A stretch of 62,592 nucleotides of DNA from Eubacteriales bacterium (GTDB taxonomy: Bacteria; Bacillota; Clostridia; Oscillospirales; CAG-272), in NCBI GenBank assembly GCA_045600005.1, contig JAZRXB010000296.1, positions 1 to 62,592 of the forward strand, in the 5' to 3' direction. This document shows positions 35,048-43,909 of this stretch, piece after piece. The first letter of the stretch is position 1, and each line of letters starts with the position of its first letter. The position numbers were made by a program, and so were the translations under genes. Under the pieces are notes generated by a model that was not told the origin of the DNA, did not search any database, and saw nothing but the letters and a program-made list of their open reading frames with translations.

Positions 35048-36136
35048 ATGGAAAAAATGGATAAACTCAGGATCGGCATCATCGGGACGGGCGGCATCGC
35101 GCACGCACACGCAAGAGCCTACAAGCAGTTCCCGGACGTTGAGATCGTCGCCGGCGCGGACATCATTCCGGGCAAGGCGAGAAAATTCCTCGACGAATTC
35201 GGCTGGACGGACGCCGCAGCCTACGAGACCTGTGAGGAGCTCTGCGCACGCGACGACATCGACGCGGTCTCGGTCTGCACCTACAACTCGCAGCACGCGG
35301 CCTGCGCGGTCCCGGCGCTGCTGTCCGGCAAGCACGTTCTGCTCGAAAAGCCGATGGCGATCACACTCGAACAGGGCAAAGAGATCATGGCGGCGGAAAA
35401 GGAATCGGGCAAGATCGTTTCGATCGGATTCCAGCCGCGTTACGGCAAGAACTTCCAGAAGGTCAAGCAGATCATTGCTTCGGGCGCTCTGGGCGACGTT
35501 TACTATGTGCAGACCGGCGGCGGACGCAGACGCGGCATCCCGGGCAGCACGTTCATCGAAAAGGACAAGGCAGGCGTCGGCGCGCTGGCGGACATCGGCT
35601 GCTATGCGCTCGATTTCGCGCTCAACTCCATCGGTTATCCGAAGCCTCTGACCGTTTCCGCAGTCGCTTACGACTATTTCGGAACCAATCCGAAATATTA
35701 TAAGGAATCCGGGCGTTTCTCGGTCGACGATTTTTCGGCGGCGTTCGTCCGTCTTGACGGCGGCGTCACGCTTGATTTCCGGATGTCGTGGGCTATGCAT
35801 ATGGACACCACCGGCGATTTCATTTTCCTCGGCAGGGACGCGGGGCTGAAGGTCCGCCAGCCGAACTACACGCTGTGGGGCGGCGCATGGGACGGCACGG
35901 TCGGCGAGATCACGCTGTTCCACGACTTTATGGGCGAACCGACTGCCACGCCGGTTCCGATCGACCAGCAGGAAAAGGGCAATCTGTTCGAGGCAAAGGT
36001 CCGGGCGTTTGTCGACGCGGTGAAGAACGGCGGCACGGCTCCGATCCCGACCAGCCAGATCATTTTCAATCAGGCGATCATCGACGGCATTATCCGTTCC
36101 GCAGCCTGCGGTCACGAGGTCGAGGTCGACCTTTAA
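35048..36136 (+). CDS. Gfo/Idh/MocA-family oxidoreductase
   Basis: N-terminal Rossmann motif LRIGIIGTGGIAHAHARAY and EKPMA motif. Confidence 0.9.
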   Translation: MEKMDKLRIGIIGTGGIAHAHARAYKQFPDVEIVAGADIIPGKARKFLDEFGWTDAAAYETCEELCARDDIDAVSVCTYNSQHAACAVPALLSGKHVLLEKPMAITLEQGKEIMAAEKESGKIVSIGFQPRYGKNFQKVKQIIASGALGDVYYVQTGGGRRRGIPGSTFIEKDKAGVGALADIGCYALDFALNSIGYPKPLTVSAVAYDYFGTNPKYYKESGRFSVDDFSAAFVRLDGGVTLDFRMSWAMHMDTTGDFIFLGRDAGLKVRQPNYTLWGGAWDGTVGEITLFHDFMGEPTATPVPIDQQEKGNLFEAKVRAFVDAVKNGGTAPIPTSQIIFNQAIIDGIIRSAACGHEVEVDL

Positions 36137-36184
36137 GGCGGTTTACGGAATCCGACTATTTGACTTGGGAGGTTTCAGATCAAT

Positions 36185-36976
36185 ATGATTCGCATTATGA
36201 GCTCCAATATCTGGGGCGACTATTTCCACAATCCCGTTGAGATCCGCGAGGAGCAGCTGGAAAAGGTGATCAACACCTGCAACCCCGACATTCTGGGAAT
36301 GCAGGAAGCGACGGCGGCGTGGAACCGTTCGGATATGTTCCGCCGTTTTGAAGAGGAATATGAATTTGTCAGAACGGAAGAAGCGCCGACGAACAATTTC
36401 GTGCCGCTTCTGTATCGCAGAAAGCAGTTTACCCTGCTTCGGTCCGGATTCCTTCGTTTCCCGGATACGCCCGATCCGTCCAAAGGCGCGACGTGGGCGA
36501 TCCTTGAGGAGAAGGGGAGCCGCGGCGCTCTGCTTGTTTTCAGCACGCATTTCTGGTGGCAGAAATTCGGCGTGGAGGAGCATGAGAATATCCGCGTTTC
36601 CAACGCAAGAAAGGTGAACGAACTGGCGGAGCTGCTGATGGGGCAGTTCGAGGTCCCCGCTGTCGCGGTGGGCGATTTCAACAGCCAGACCGTCGGTCAG
36701 CCTGTCGTGCCGTTTTTCTGCCGCAATGGTTGGAAGGAAGCACAGAGCGACGCGGAGGTGAAGTCCGACCTCTGTACGCATCACGGAGACCCGGTGCTGG
36801 GAGAAGACGGACTGTATCATGGAAAACGCCCCACTCGTGATTATCAGTATTCCATTGACCATATCTTTTACCGCGGCGGCATGAAAGCGGTGAAATTTGA
36901 GGTCGTGACGGATCAGGACGCGCTGGACGCGACCGACCATTCGCCGATCTATGCGGATTTTGAATTCGTGAAATAA
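36185..36976 (+). CDS. endonuclease/exonuclease/phosphatase (EEP) family protein
   Basis: IMSSNIW...LGMQE at the N-terminus and C-terminal TDHSPIYADF. Confidence 0.85.
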   Translation: MIRIMSSNIWGDYFHNPVEIREEQLEKVINTCNPDILGMQEATAAWNRSDMFRRFEEEYEFVRTEEAPTNNFVPLLYRRKQFTLLRSGFLRFPDTPDPSKGATWAILEEKGSRGALLVFSTHFWWQKFGVEEHENIRVSNARKVNELAELLMGQFEVPAVAVGDFNSQTVGQPVVPFFCRNGWKEAQSDAEVKSDLCTHHGDPVLGEDGLYHGKRPTRDYQYSIDHIFYRGGMKAVKFEVVTDQDALDATDHSPIYADFEFVK

Positions 36977-36992
36977 TAGTGGGAAACGAAAG

Positions 36993-37021
36993 AGGACGCG
37001 CTTTTCGGCGCGTCCTTTTTC
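36993..37021. terminator. intrinsic terminator between convergent genes
   Basis: Stem AGGACGCG (36993-37000) pairs with CGCGTCCT (37009-37016), followed by a T-run to 37021. Confidence 0.8.
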
Positions 37022-37038
37022 GTGTGGTTTTGGGGGCG

Positions 37039-37629
37039 TCACGCCCATGCGTCCTGAGACTTCGGCTTGCGGATATCGAGAAGCAGGACCTGCTCCCACA
37101 GATACCATGTCTTCCCGCCTTTGGCGCGAAGCGTAATGGCGCGCGGAGAATCCGCTCCGCCCGACTCGATGTACAGGGTGGCGTAGTTGTCTTCCTTGAA
37201 GGAATGGAGATTGCTGGATACCGTGATCGTGAGAGGATCGGAAGGGGTATAATCGTTGTCCGGGGATGCGCCCTTGAAATACGAAAACGGAATGTAGGTC
37301 TTTTCGTCCATTAAGCGGTCGTCGATAAACTGAATCTCACGGGGGACCAGCGGACGCGGACCCTTGAGAAAATTCAGCATGGCGGTGCCGGTTTCGCTGT
37401 CCTTTGTATAAACGCAGAGCGCGAGAACGGTGAGAGCGGCTGCCTGATAGGGCGTTTCGAGCTTGGCTTCCGGGATCGCTTTCAGTTCATCGACGGTGGC
37501 GGGAAGGGCGGCAAAGGTAAAGGTCTCGCTCTTGCTGAGCGCTTTGCTGACCGCCTGGTTCGCTTTTTTCTTCAGAGCGTTTTTTGCGGTGTAAGTTGCT
37601 CTGTTCAGAAGACTGTCTAAAATGCCCAT
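37039..37629 (-). CDS. hypothetical protein (196 aa)
   Basis: ATG 37629 follows RBS AAGGAGAAG and a consensus promoter. The track's upstream extension to 37719 would include that promoter. Confidence 0.7.
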   Translation of the reverse strand: MGILDSLLNRATYTAKNALKKKANQAVSKALSKSETFTFAALPATVDELKAIPEAKLETPYQAAALTVLALCVYTKDSETGTAMLNFLKGPRPLVPREIQFIDDRLMDEKTYIPFSYFKGASPDNDYTPSDPLTITVSSNLHSFKEDNYATLYIESGGADSPRAITLRAKGGKTWYLWEQVLLLDIRKPKSQDAWA

Positions 37630-37671
37630 GATTCTTCTCCTTAACATATGGTATGAATGATCTCTGCTTTT

Positions 37672-37700
37672 ATTATAATGGATAAAGAGAGCTTTGTCAA
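37672..37700 (-). promoter_or_regulatory. sigma-A promoter (TTGACA-17-TATAAT)
   Basis: TTGACA is the complement of 37695-37700 and TATAAT is the complement of 37672-37677. Confidence 0.8.
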
Positions 37701-37749
37701 GGATATTTTGTCCGGTCACATTTTGTTTACGAAATGGCCGGCGGCATCA

Positions 37750-37822
37750 ACGGCAAAAAAGCCGACGGCAAAAAAGCCGACGGCAAAAACAGCCGACGGC
37801 AAAAAATGCCGAGGCAAAAAAG
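37750..37822. repeat. tandem 15-16-bp repeat, about 4.5 units of ACGGCAAAAAAGCCG
   Basis: Units at 37750-37764, 37765-37779, 37780-37795 and 37796-37811, plus a partial unit merging into the rplA terminator. Each unit is a mini-palindrome CGGC-A6-GCCG. Confidence 0.9.
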
Positions 37823-37847
37823 TCCTCCGACCGAAACGGCCGGAGGA
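37816..37847 (-). terminator. intrinsic terminator of rplK-rplA
   Basis: On the minus strand, TCCTCCGGCCG-TTT-CGGTCGGAGGA is followed by CTTTTTTG, 15 nt after the rplA stop. Confidence 0.85.
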
Positions 37848-37861
37848 TTTCTGCGGCTTTA

Positions 37862-38554
37862 TCAGCCGAGCTTGGAATAGTTGACCTTGACGCCGGGACC
37901 CATCGTGGAAGCTACTACGCAGCTCTTGATGTACTGACCCTTTGCAGCTGCCGGTCTTGCCTTGATGATCGCGCCGAGAAGCGTGCTGAAGTTCTCGCCG
38001 AGCTTTTCGGGACCGAAGCTGGCTTTGCCGATCGGGCAGTGGATGATATTGGTCTTGTCGAGACGATATTCGATCTTACCTGCTTTGGCTTCCTTGACAG
38101 CCTTGGCGACGTCCATCGTGACGGTGCCGGCCTTGGGGTTCGGCATTAAGCCTTTCGGACCGAGAACCTTACCGAGACGGCCGATAACGCCCATCATATC
38201 CGGGGTAGCGATGATCTTGTCGAATTCGAACCAGTTTTCCTTCTGGATCTTTGCGACGTAATCTTCTGCGCCGACATAGTCTGCGCCTGCTTCTTCTGCT
38301 GCCTTTGCATTGTCGCCCTTAGCGAAAACAAGGACGCGGACGGTCTTACCGGTACCGTTCGGAAGAACGACGGCGCCGCGGACCTGCTGGTCAGCGTGAC
38401 GGGAGTCGACACCCAGACGGACATGGACTTCTACGGTTTCATCAAACTTTGCCTTAGCGGTCTGGCATACGAGACCAAGCGCTTCGTCTGCATCGTACAG
38501 CTTTGCTTTTTCAAACAGCTTTGCGCTTTCGGTATATTTCTTTCCAGTGCTCAT
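37862..38554 (-). CDS. rplA: 50S ribosomal protein L1
   Basis: Full-length match to the L1 consensus (GKKY...[14 protein letters not shown]...[11 protein letters not shown]...). Confidence 0.97.
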   Translation of the reverse strand: MSTGKKYTESAKLFEKAKLYDADEALGLVCQTAKAKFDETVEVHVRLGVDSRHADQQVRGAVVLPNGTGKTVRVLVFAKGDNAKAAEEAGADYVGAEDYVAKIQKENWFEFDKIIATPDMMGVIGRLGKVLGPKGLMPNPKAGTVTMDVAKAVKEAKAGKIEYRLDKTNIIHCPIGKASFGPEKLGENFSTLLGAIIKARPAAAKGQYIKSCVVASTMGPGVKVNYSKLG

Positions 38555-38566
38555 TGTAACTCCTCC

Positions 38567-38992
38567 TTATTCCTCGACGGTGATACCCATGCTGCGTGCG
38601 GTGCCGGCCACCATGCTCATAGCGGCTTCGAGCGAACCTGCATTCAGGTCAGGCATCTTGGTCTCGGCGATCTGCTTCACCTGTTCCTTGGTCAGCTGAG
38701 CGACCTTGGTCTTGTTCGGGGTAGCAGAAGCGGATTCGATTCCGCACGCCTTCTTGATCAGAACGGGAGCGGGCGGAGTCTTGGTGATGAAGGAGAAGGA
38801 GCGGTCTGCGTAAACCGTGATGACGACAGGAATAATGAGACCGATATCTTTCTTGGTTCTTTCATTGAATTCCTTCGTGAAAACCGGGATCGCAACACCA
38901 TAAGCACCGAGTGCCGGACCTACGGGCGGAGCGGGAGTTGCCTTGCCTGCCGGCAGCTGTAACTTGATATAACCAGTAATTTTCTTTGCCAT
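38567..38992 (-). CDS. rplK: 50S ribosomal protein L11
   Basis: [32 protein letters not shown] 38992 follows RBS GGAGGTG; the track start at 39040 is an extension. Confidence 0.97.
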   Translation of the reverse strand: MAKKITGYIKLQLPAGKATPAPPVGPALGAYGVAIPVFTKEFNERTKKDIGLIIPVVITVYADRSFSFITKTPPAPVLIKKACGIESASATPNKTKVAQLTKEQVKQIAETKMPDLNAGSLEAAMSMVAGTARSMGITVEE

Positions 38993-39130
38993 GATAAATA
39001 CACCTCCGTATTGTGGTAAGCGGATGATTTTTGAGGTCATCCAGATGAATTTTCGGGAGAATTTTTAGTGGTTTTCTCCCTCCCACATTGCGCGTAAACG
39101 AAACGCTTCGGAAATAACGGACCGTTCTGT

Positions 39131-39673
39131 TTACTTGTCGGTCATGGTCACGCACTTCGTTTCCATCATGAAGGGCGTGCTTCTGCCGAACATATCGACG
39201 AGTACCGTGACGTTTTCGAGGTCTTCGGAAATTTCCTTGACCGTACCGGAATAGCCCTTCATCGGACCGTCGGTGATCGTCACTGTATCCCCGACTTTGT
39301 AATTGACAACGAACTTGGGCGCGGCTGCTTCGATACCCATTGCGACTACCTCGGCGTCCGTCAGAGCGGTCGGTTTGGAGCCGGGACCTACGAAGCCTGT
39401 AACGCCGCTGATATTTCTGACGACATGCCATGTCTCGTCAGTCATGATCATTTTTACAAGCACATAGCTCGGATAAACCTTTTCTTCGACTTCCTTGCCG
39501 GTTTCTTTGTCAATATAGGTGATGACCGGGATCCTGATATCGACGATGACGTCGTGCAGACCGCGGTTTTCGACTATTTTTTCAAGGTTGGTCTTTACCT
39601 TATTCTCATAACCGGAATAAGTGTGGGCAACATACCACCGCTTCTCGCCGGTCAGATCGTTCAGATCGCTCAT
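39131..39673 (-). CDS. nusG: transcription termination/antitermination factor NusG
   Basis: KRWYVAHTYSGYENKV in the NGN domain and a C-terminal KOW motif (VGDTVTITDGPMKGYSGTV). Confidence 0.96.
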   Translation of the reverse strand: MSDLNDLTGEKRWYVAHTYSGYENKVKTNLEKIVENRGLHDVIVDIRIPVITYIDKETGKEVEEKVYPSYVLVKMIMTDETWHVVRNISGVTGFVGPGSKPTALTDAEVVAMGIEAAAPKFVVNYKVGDTVTITDGPMKGYSGTVKEISEDLENVTVLVDMFGRSTPFMMETKCVTMTDK

Positions 39674-39687
39674 TGAACCATTCCCCG

Positions 39688-39969
39688 TCAGATGATTCTG
39701 CCGAGGGCGGTCAGTCCGGCGTTGAACGCTAAGTCAAGCAGGCTGACGCAGACGCCGACGACGACAACCGACACTGCAACGAGGATCGTGTTGTTCAGAG
39801 TCTGCTGAGGCGTGGACCAGACGATTTTCTTCAGCTCGCTCTTGTAATCACGGAAAAACTTCTTGACCTTTTCACCGAAGGACACCTTGTTCTTGGCAGG
39901 TTTCTTTTCGGTCTTTTTTTCAACGGCCTTGTCGGAAGCCTTGGCTTCGGTTTTTTCGATATCTGCCAT
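39688..39969 (-). CDS. secE: preprotein translocase subunit SecE
   Basis: Lys-rich N-terminus, FFRDYKSELKKIVWSTPQQ and a single C-terminal TM helix, in the canonical position between rpmG and nusG. Confidence 0.9.
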   Translation of the reverse strand: MADIEKTEAKASDKAVEKKTEKKPAKNKVSFGEKVKKFFRDYKSELKKIVWSTPQQTLNNTILVAVSVVVVGVCVSLLDLAFNAGLTALGRII

Positions 39970-39990
39970 GATATATCTCCTTTGGTGAAA

Positions 39991-40140
39991 TTACTTGGTT
40001 TCCTTATGGAGCGTGTGCTTGCGGCAGAATTTGCAGTACTTGTTCATTTCAAGTCTGTCGGGGTCGTTCTTCTTGTTCTTCATCGTGTCGTAGTTTCTCT
40101 GCTTGCATTCGCTGCACGCCAGGGTGATTTTAACTCTCAT
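39991..40140 (-). CDS. rpmG: 50S ribosomal protein L33 (49 aa; absent from the ORF track)
   Basis: My translation of the minus strand gives [49 protein letters not shown]. It has a zinc-ribbon CxxC...CxxC and RBS GGGAGGTG 6 nt upstream. Confidence 0.93.
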   Translation of the reverse strand: MRVKITLACSECKQRNYDTMKNKKNDPDRLEMNKYCKFCRKHTLHKETK

Positions 40141-40326
40141 TTCGGCACCTCCCGATTAAATTATGCACGGAAGACCCGCGCATTTCTGATTTGCGGTCAT
40201 GACCGGATACGACATGGCACCTCCCGGCGTCTGACCCGTACCTCCCTCTGGGGAACCGCTCTTTCATCCGCACGCTGACGCGGCAGCTCGCGCGCAAAAA
40301 AAGAACCCTCTCACAGAGGTATTTTT

Positions 40327-40355
40327 ATTTTACCATACAAAGCCGGTTTTGTCAA
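40327..40355 (-). promoter_or_regulatory. sigma-A promoter (TTGACA-17-TAAAAT) for rpmG-secE-nusG-rplK-rplA
   Basis: TTGACA is the complement of 40350-40355 and TAAAAT is the complement of 40327-40332. This implies a leader of about 180 nt. Confidence 0.7.
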
Positions 40356-40470
40356 GGGATTTCCGCGATTTTTCTCATGCAGACCTGCCGAATTTTGCCG
40401 CCCCTGTCCGACTTTTTCCGACGTTTTGCCGGGAGAGCGCACGGACGAAACATTTTCGGCGCGTCCGCTC

Positions 40471-40499
40471 TTGACAAGACGTTTTTCTTCGGATATAAT
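40471..40499 (+). promoter_or_regulatory. sigma-A promoter (TTGACA-17-TATAAT) for the glycoside hydrolase gene
   Basis: TTGACA at 40471-40476 and TATAAT at 40494-40499. Confidence 0.8.
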
Positions 40500-40610
40500 A
40501 AAGGCAGCTCCCGGAAATCCGGGAAGAAAAGCATGACCCGGTACCGCGGGTGCCGCGTTCCGCTTTTCTGTGGCTTTTGCGAATTTCTGATAATAGACGG
40601 AGGAAAAGAC

Positions 40611-41939
40611 ATGACTGAATTTCATTTTGATTTCGGCGCCGGCGCAGGGAAGATCCGCGCGATGCACGCGGTCGGACAGCCGCCGAAGCTCGGTGCGCAT
40701 CTTGAATATTTTCATTTTCTGACTGAGGCGAACATCCCCTATTCCCGTCTGCACGACATGGGCGGCGCTTACGGCGGCTGCGTCTACGTGGATATTCCGA
40801 ACGTGTTCCGCAGCTTCGACGCGGACGAAAACGACCCGGAAAACTACGATTTCGCGTTCACCGATCATCTGCTCGCGGGACTTGCGAAAGCGAACGTCAA
40901 GCCGATCTACCGTCTGGGCGTGACCATCGAAAACTATCATCGGATCAAAATGTACCGTCTCGCTCCGCCCGCCGATTTCGGCAAGTGGGCGCGCATCTGC
41001 GAGCATGTCATCCGTCACTACAACGAGGGCTGGGCAAACGGCCGTCATGACGGCATCACCTATTGGGAGATCTGGAACGAACCGGACAACGGTCCCGATC
41101 AGATGACGAACCAGATGTGGTACGGCACGAAGGAGCAGTATTACGAGCTTTACGCCGTCACGGCGAAGCACCTGAAAGCCTGCTTCGGCGATACGATCAA
41201 GGTCGGCGGCTTCGCGTCCTGCGGCTTCTACGGCATCTTTTCCGATCCCGCGAAGTACGGCTTCGACGCGCCCGCGCGTCCCTTTGATGCCCGCTATCAG
41301 TATTTCCTTGACTTTGCGGAGGGCTTCCTTGCCTATGTGAAGGAATCCGGCGCTCCGATGGACTTCTTCTCGTGGCACAGCTACGGTTCGGTCTCCGACA
41401 CCGAGATCTATGCCGATTACTGCGACCGCCTGTTAAACAAATACGGCTTCGGCGGCGTTGAAACGCAGCTCAACGAATGGAACAACTGCCCTAAGACGAA
41501 TCTGCGCGGCTCGTCCTTCGCTGCCGCACAGAGCGCCGCGATGATGATCGCCATGCAGTACAAGAAGACCGACATCCTCTGCTTCTACGACGCGCGCATC
41601 GGTCAGTCGGTCTACGGCGGACTGTTCAATCCGATCACCTACCAGCCCTTCTGCGCTTACTACGGCTTCAAGGCGTTCGGCGAGCTTTACCGGATGGGAA
41701 CGCAGGCCGTCTGCGAAAAGCCGAAGCAGGACGGCGTTTACGCGGTCGCGGCGTTCGACGGGAACGGGAAACGCGGCGCGCTGTTTGCCAACACCGGCGC
41801 GGACGCGGAGATCACGGCGAACCTTGACGGCATGAAGCTCTGCCGCATCGACAGCGAGCATATGATGACCGAATGGGACGCCGACCCGTTGCATTTCGTC
41901 CTTCCCGCCAACACCGTCGCGTTCGCGGTTTCGGACTGA
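40611..41939 (+). CDS. clan GH-A glycoside hydrolase (GH39-like), cytoplasmic
   Basis: TIM-barrel signature with the acid/base motif YWEIWNEPDN. ATG 40611 follows RBS GGAGGAAAAG. The track start at 40377 lies upstream of the promoter. Confidence 0.75.
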   Translation: MTEFHFDFGAGAGKIRAMHAVGQPPKLGAHLEYFHFLTEANIPYSRLHDMGGAYGGCVYVDIPNVFRSFDADENDPENYDFAFTDHLLAGLAKANVKPIYRLGVTIENYHRIKMYRLAPPADFGKWARICEHVIRHYNEGWANGRHDGITYWEIWNEPDNGPDQMTNQMWYGTKEQYYELYAVTAKHLKACFGDTIKVGGFASCGFYGIFSDPAKYGFDAPARPFDARYQYFLDFAEGFLAYVKESGAPMDFFSWHSYGSVSDTEIYADYCDRLLNKYGFGGVETQLNEWNNCPKTNLRGSSFAAAQSAAMMIAMQYKKTDILCFYDARIGQSVYGGLFNPITYQPFCAYYGFKAFGELYRMGTQAVCEKPKQDGVYAVAAFDGNGKRGALFANTGADAEITANLDGMKLCRIDSEHMMTEWDADPLHFVLPANTVAFAVSD

Positions 41940-41962
41940 GTACATTTCACGCTTCTTTCATG

Positions 41963-41996
41963 AAAAAGGCTTCTCCCGCGCAGGAGAAGCCTTTTT
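41963..41996. terminator. bidirectional intrinsic terminator
   Basis: A-run 41963-41967, stem GGCTTCTCC / GGAGAAGCC, then T-run 41992-41996. Confidence 0.85.
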
Positions 41997-42008
41997 CCGT
42001 CCGGCGGG

Positions 42009-42434
42009 TCAGCCGCCGTAATAATATTCGGTCTTCACGTCGCTTGTTTCAATGAGGACCGAATTCTGATTCAGCGCGGCGATCACCTCGTCGGCGATCC
42101 TGTGAACGGTCGCCGCGTCGGTGTCGTCGAAATAGCAGATGATCGTGTTTTCCACCGTCATGTGGTTTTCATCGTCCAGCCAGCGTCCCTGACCTTCGGC
42201 GATGGTGTAGCCGCCGAGGTAACGCAGACAGATGGCGTCGACGGCGGCAATGGCGTCTTCCGTCGAAATGAGCTGAGTATAGGTGTCCTTGTCGTTGGTG
42301 CCGACGTACATGACGTACTGTTCCTTCCGGTCCGCGCCGAAGACCTTCACGCACAGAACGGCGGTGAAGATCAGGTTGCAGGCAAGCAGGACCGACAGGA
42401 CGGTCATGATGATTTTATGTGTTTTCTGATCCAT
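42009..42434 (-). CDS. hypothetical membrane-anchored protein (141 aa)
   Basis: An N-terminal TM helix (IIMTVLSVLLACNLIFTAVLCV) precedes a soluble domain. Coding bias is good. Confidence 0.65.
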   Translation of the reverse strand: MDQKTHKIIMTVLSVLLACNLIFTAVLCVKVFGADRKEQYVMYVGTNDKDTYTQLISTEDAIAAVDAICLRYLGGYTIAEGQGRWLDDENHMTVENTIICYFDDTDAATVHRIADEVIAALNQNSVLIETSDVKTEYYYGG

Positions 42435-42464
42435 AACGATATTTCCTTTTGAAAAATTTCCGGG

Positions 42465-43124
42465 TCACTGAGGCAGGAACGACGCGATGATCTCACGGTC
42501 CGGGGATATGAGCTCATAGCAGGTGAGAAGCCGGCCATTGTCCGCATGGGCGGCTTCGGCGAAGACGATCTTTCCGTCTGCCGTGCCGAGCGCCCCCTTC
42601 CATTCGGTACAGACCGGACAGCTCTCATAAGCGATATGCAGCTCCCGCAGACGTCTCGTTTCGGTCAGGCTGAGATAGGAATCCTGTACGGAAAGCTCGA
42701 ACGGTTCCGTTCGGCCTTCACCGTTCAGCACCCGTTCGAGCGCGGCGCAGAGGGCGGCGTCGGCTGTACGGTTCATACCGAGTCCGATGCATGCCGCGGT
42801 GATATGCCCGGAGCGCGGGATCTCATACGCTTCATCGACGTACAGGTACTGGTCAAGGAAGGAGCGCAGGACGATGAAGGTATGCGAAGGGTCTTCCTTC
42901 ACCTCGTCGAGCTTCCATGAGCCGTCGGAGGTTCTGGCGATCGTTCTCCCTTCCGAATATTCGCCGACGGCGGGAACGTAGACGCGCCCCTTCCAGAGGA
43001 TCCGGTCTTCCTCCAGAACGGCGGAGCGGTCGAAAACGATCAGGCGGACGAGCCCGGCCGCCAGAACGGCGAGAAAGACCGCGAGAGCCGCAGTCCGCAG
43101 AACCGTGAAGAGCTTCCGTTCCAT
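42465..43124 (-). CDS. hypothetical membrane-anchored protein (219 aa)
   Basis: ATG 43124 (MERKLFTVLRTAALAVFLAVLAAGL) avoids overlap with ymdB. It has an N-terminal TM helix. Confidence 0.6.
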   Translation of the reverse strand: MERKLFTVLRTAALAVFLAVLAAGLVRLIVFDRSAVLEEDRILWKGRVYVPAVGEYSEGRTIARTSDGSWKLDEVKEDPSHTFIVLRSFLDQYLYVDEAYEIPRSGHITAACIGLGMNRTADAALCAALERVLNGEGRTEPFELSVQDSYLSLTETRRLRELHIAYESCPVCTEWKGALGTADGKIVFAEAAHADNGRLLTCYELISPDREIIASFLPQ

Positions 43125-43129
43125 GAACG

Positions 43130-43909
43130 TTATCCCTCGAACCGTTCGGCGGCGAGACATTTCCCGCTCATCAGGTCGAGCGTGAAAAGACAGCCGTTCA
43201 GGACCGGTCTGCCGGATGCGAATTCAAACTTCACCGGCATTTTCGTGCGCATTTTTTCGATGATGAGGTCCGGGCGGACGCCGAGGATGCCGTCCGGCGG
43301 ACCGGACATACCGAGATCGGTCATGTAACCGGTCCCGCGCGGCAGCACCTGCGCGTCGGCAGTCGCCACGTGCGTATGCGTACCGAACACGACGCTCAGC
43401 CGTCCGTCAAAATGATAGCCCAGCGCCAGCTTTTCACTGGTCGCTTCGGCGTGGATATCGAGAACGGACAGATCGTACTGCCCTTCCTCCCGTTTCAGGA
43501 TCCGTTCGGCAGTCTCGAACGGGCAGGCGAGCGCGTCCAGATAGACCGTTCCGAGCAGATTCATCGTCAGCACGCGCACACCGTCGATCTCCAGGATCGT
43601 ACAGCCGTTTCCGGCGGTCCCGGCAGGGAAGTTGGCGGGGCGCAGGACGGTCTCGCTGTCGTCGAGATACTGCCGGATCTCCTTTTTGCGGAAGGTGTGG
43701 TTGCCGCCGGTCAGCACGTCGCACCCGGCGCTCAGCAGACGGTCGGCGGACGCCGGGTCCAGTCCGTTGCCGACGCAGGCGTTTTCCGCGTTGCAGACGA
43801 CCATGTTCACGCCGAGCTTTTTCCGGATCCCCCACAGACGTTCCCCGACGGCTTTCACCGCGTCGGGACCCACGACGTCTCCCAGCGCGAGAAGGCGGAA
43901 CTCCTTCAT
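43130..43909 (-). CDS. ymdB: YmdB-family metallophosphoesterase (2',3'-cyclic-nucleotide phosphodiesterase)
   Basis: LLALGDVVG, CNAENACVGNG and TGGNHTFRK motifs. Confidence 0.9.
   Translation of the reverse strand: MKEFRLLALGDVVGPDAVKAVGERLWGIRKKLGVNMVVCNAENACVGNGLDPASADRLLSAGCDVLTGGNHTFRKKEIRQYLDDSETVLRPANFPAGTAGNGCTILEIDGVRVLTMNLLGTVYLDALACPFETAERILKREEGQYDLSVLDIHAEATSEKLALGYHFDGRLSVVFGTHTHVATADAQVLPRGTGYMTDLGMSGPPDGILGVRPDLIIEKMRTKMPVKFEFASGRPVLNGCLFTLDLMSGKCLAAERFEG

Noticed and set aside
37750-37822. The tandem repeat as a possible CRISPR array.
   Set aside because: The units are 15-16 bp and directly abutting with no spacers, and no cas genes are present.
40377-40610. N-terminal extensions offered by the ORF track, here and at 38993-39040, 46213-46683, 47040-47114, 47065-47226, 21526-21570, 28600-28650, 37630-37719 and 44908-44934.
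   Set aside because: In each case an internal ATG has a proper RBS and matches the family N-terminus, while the extension overlaps a promoter or a neighbouring gene.
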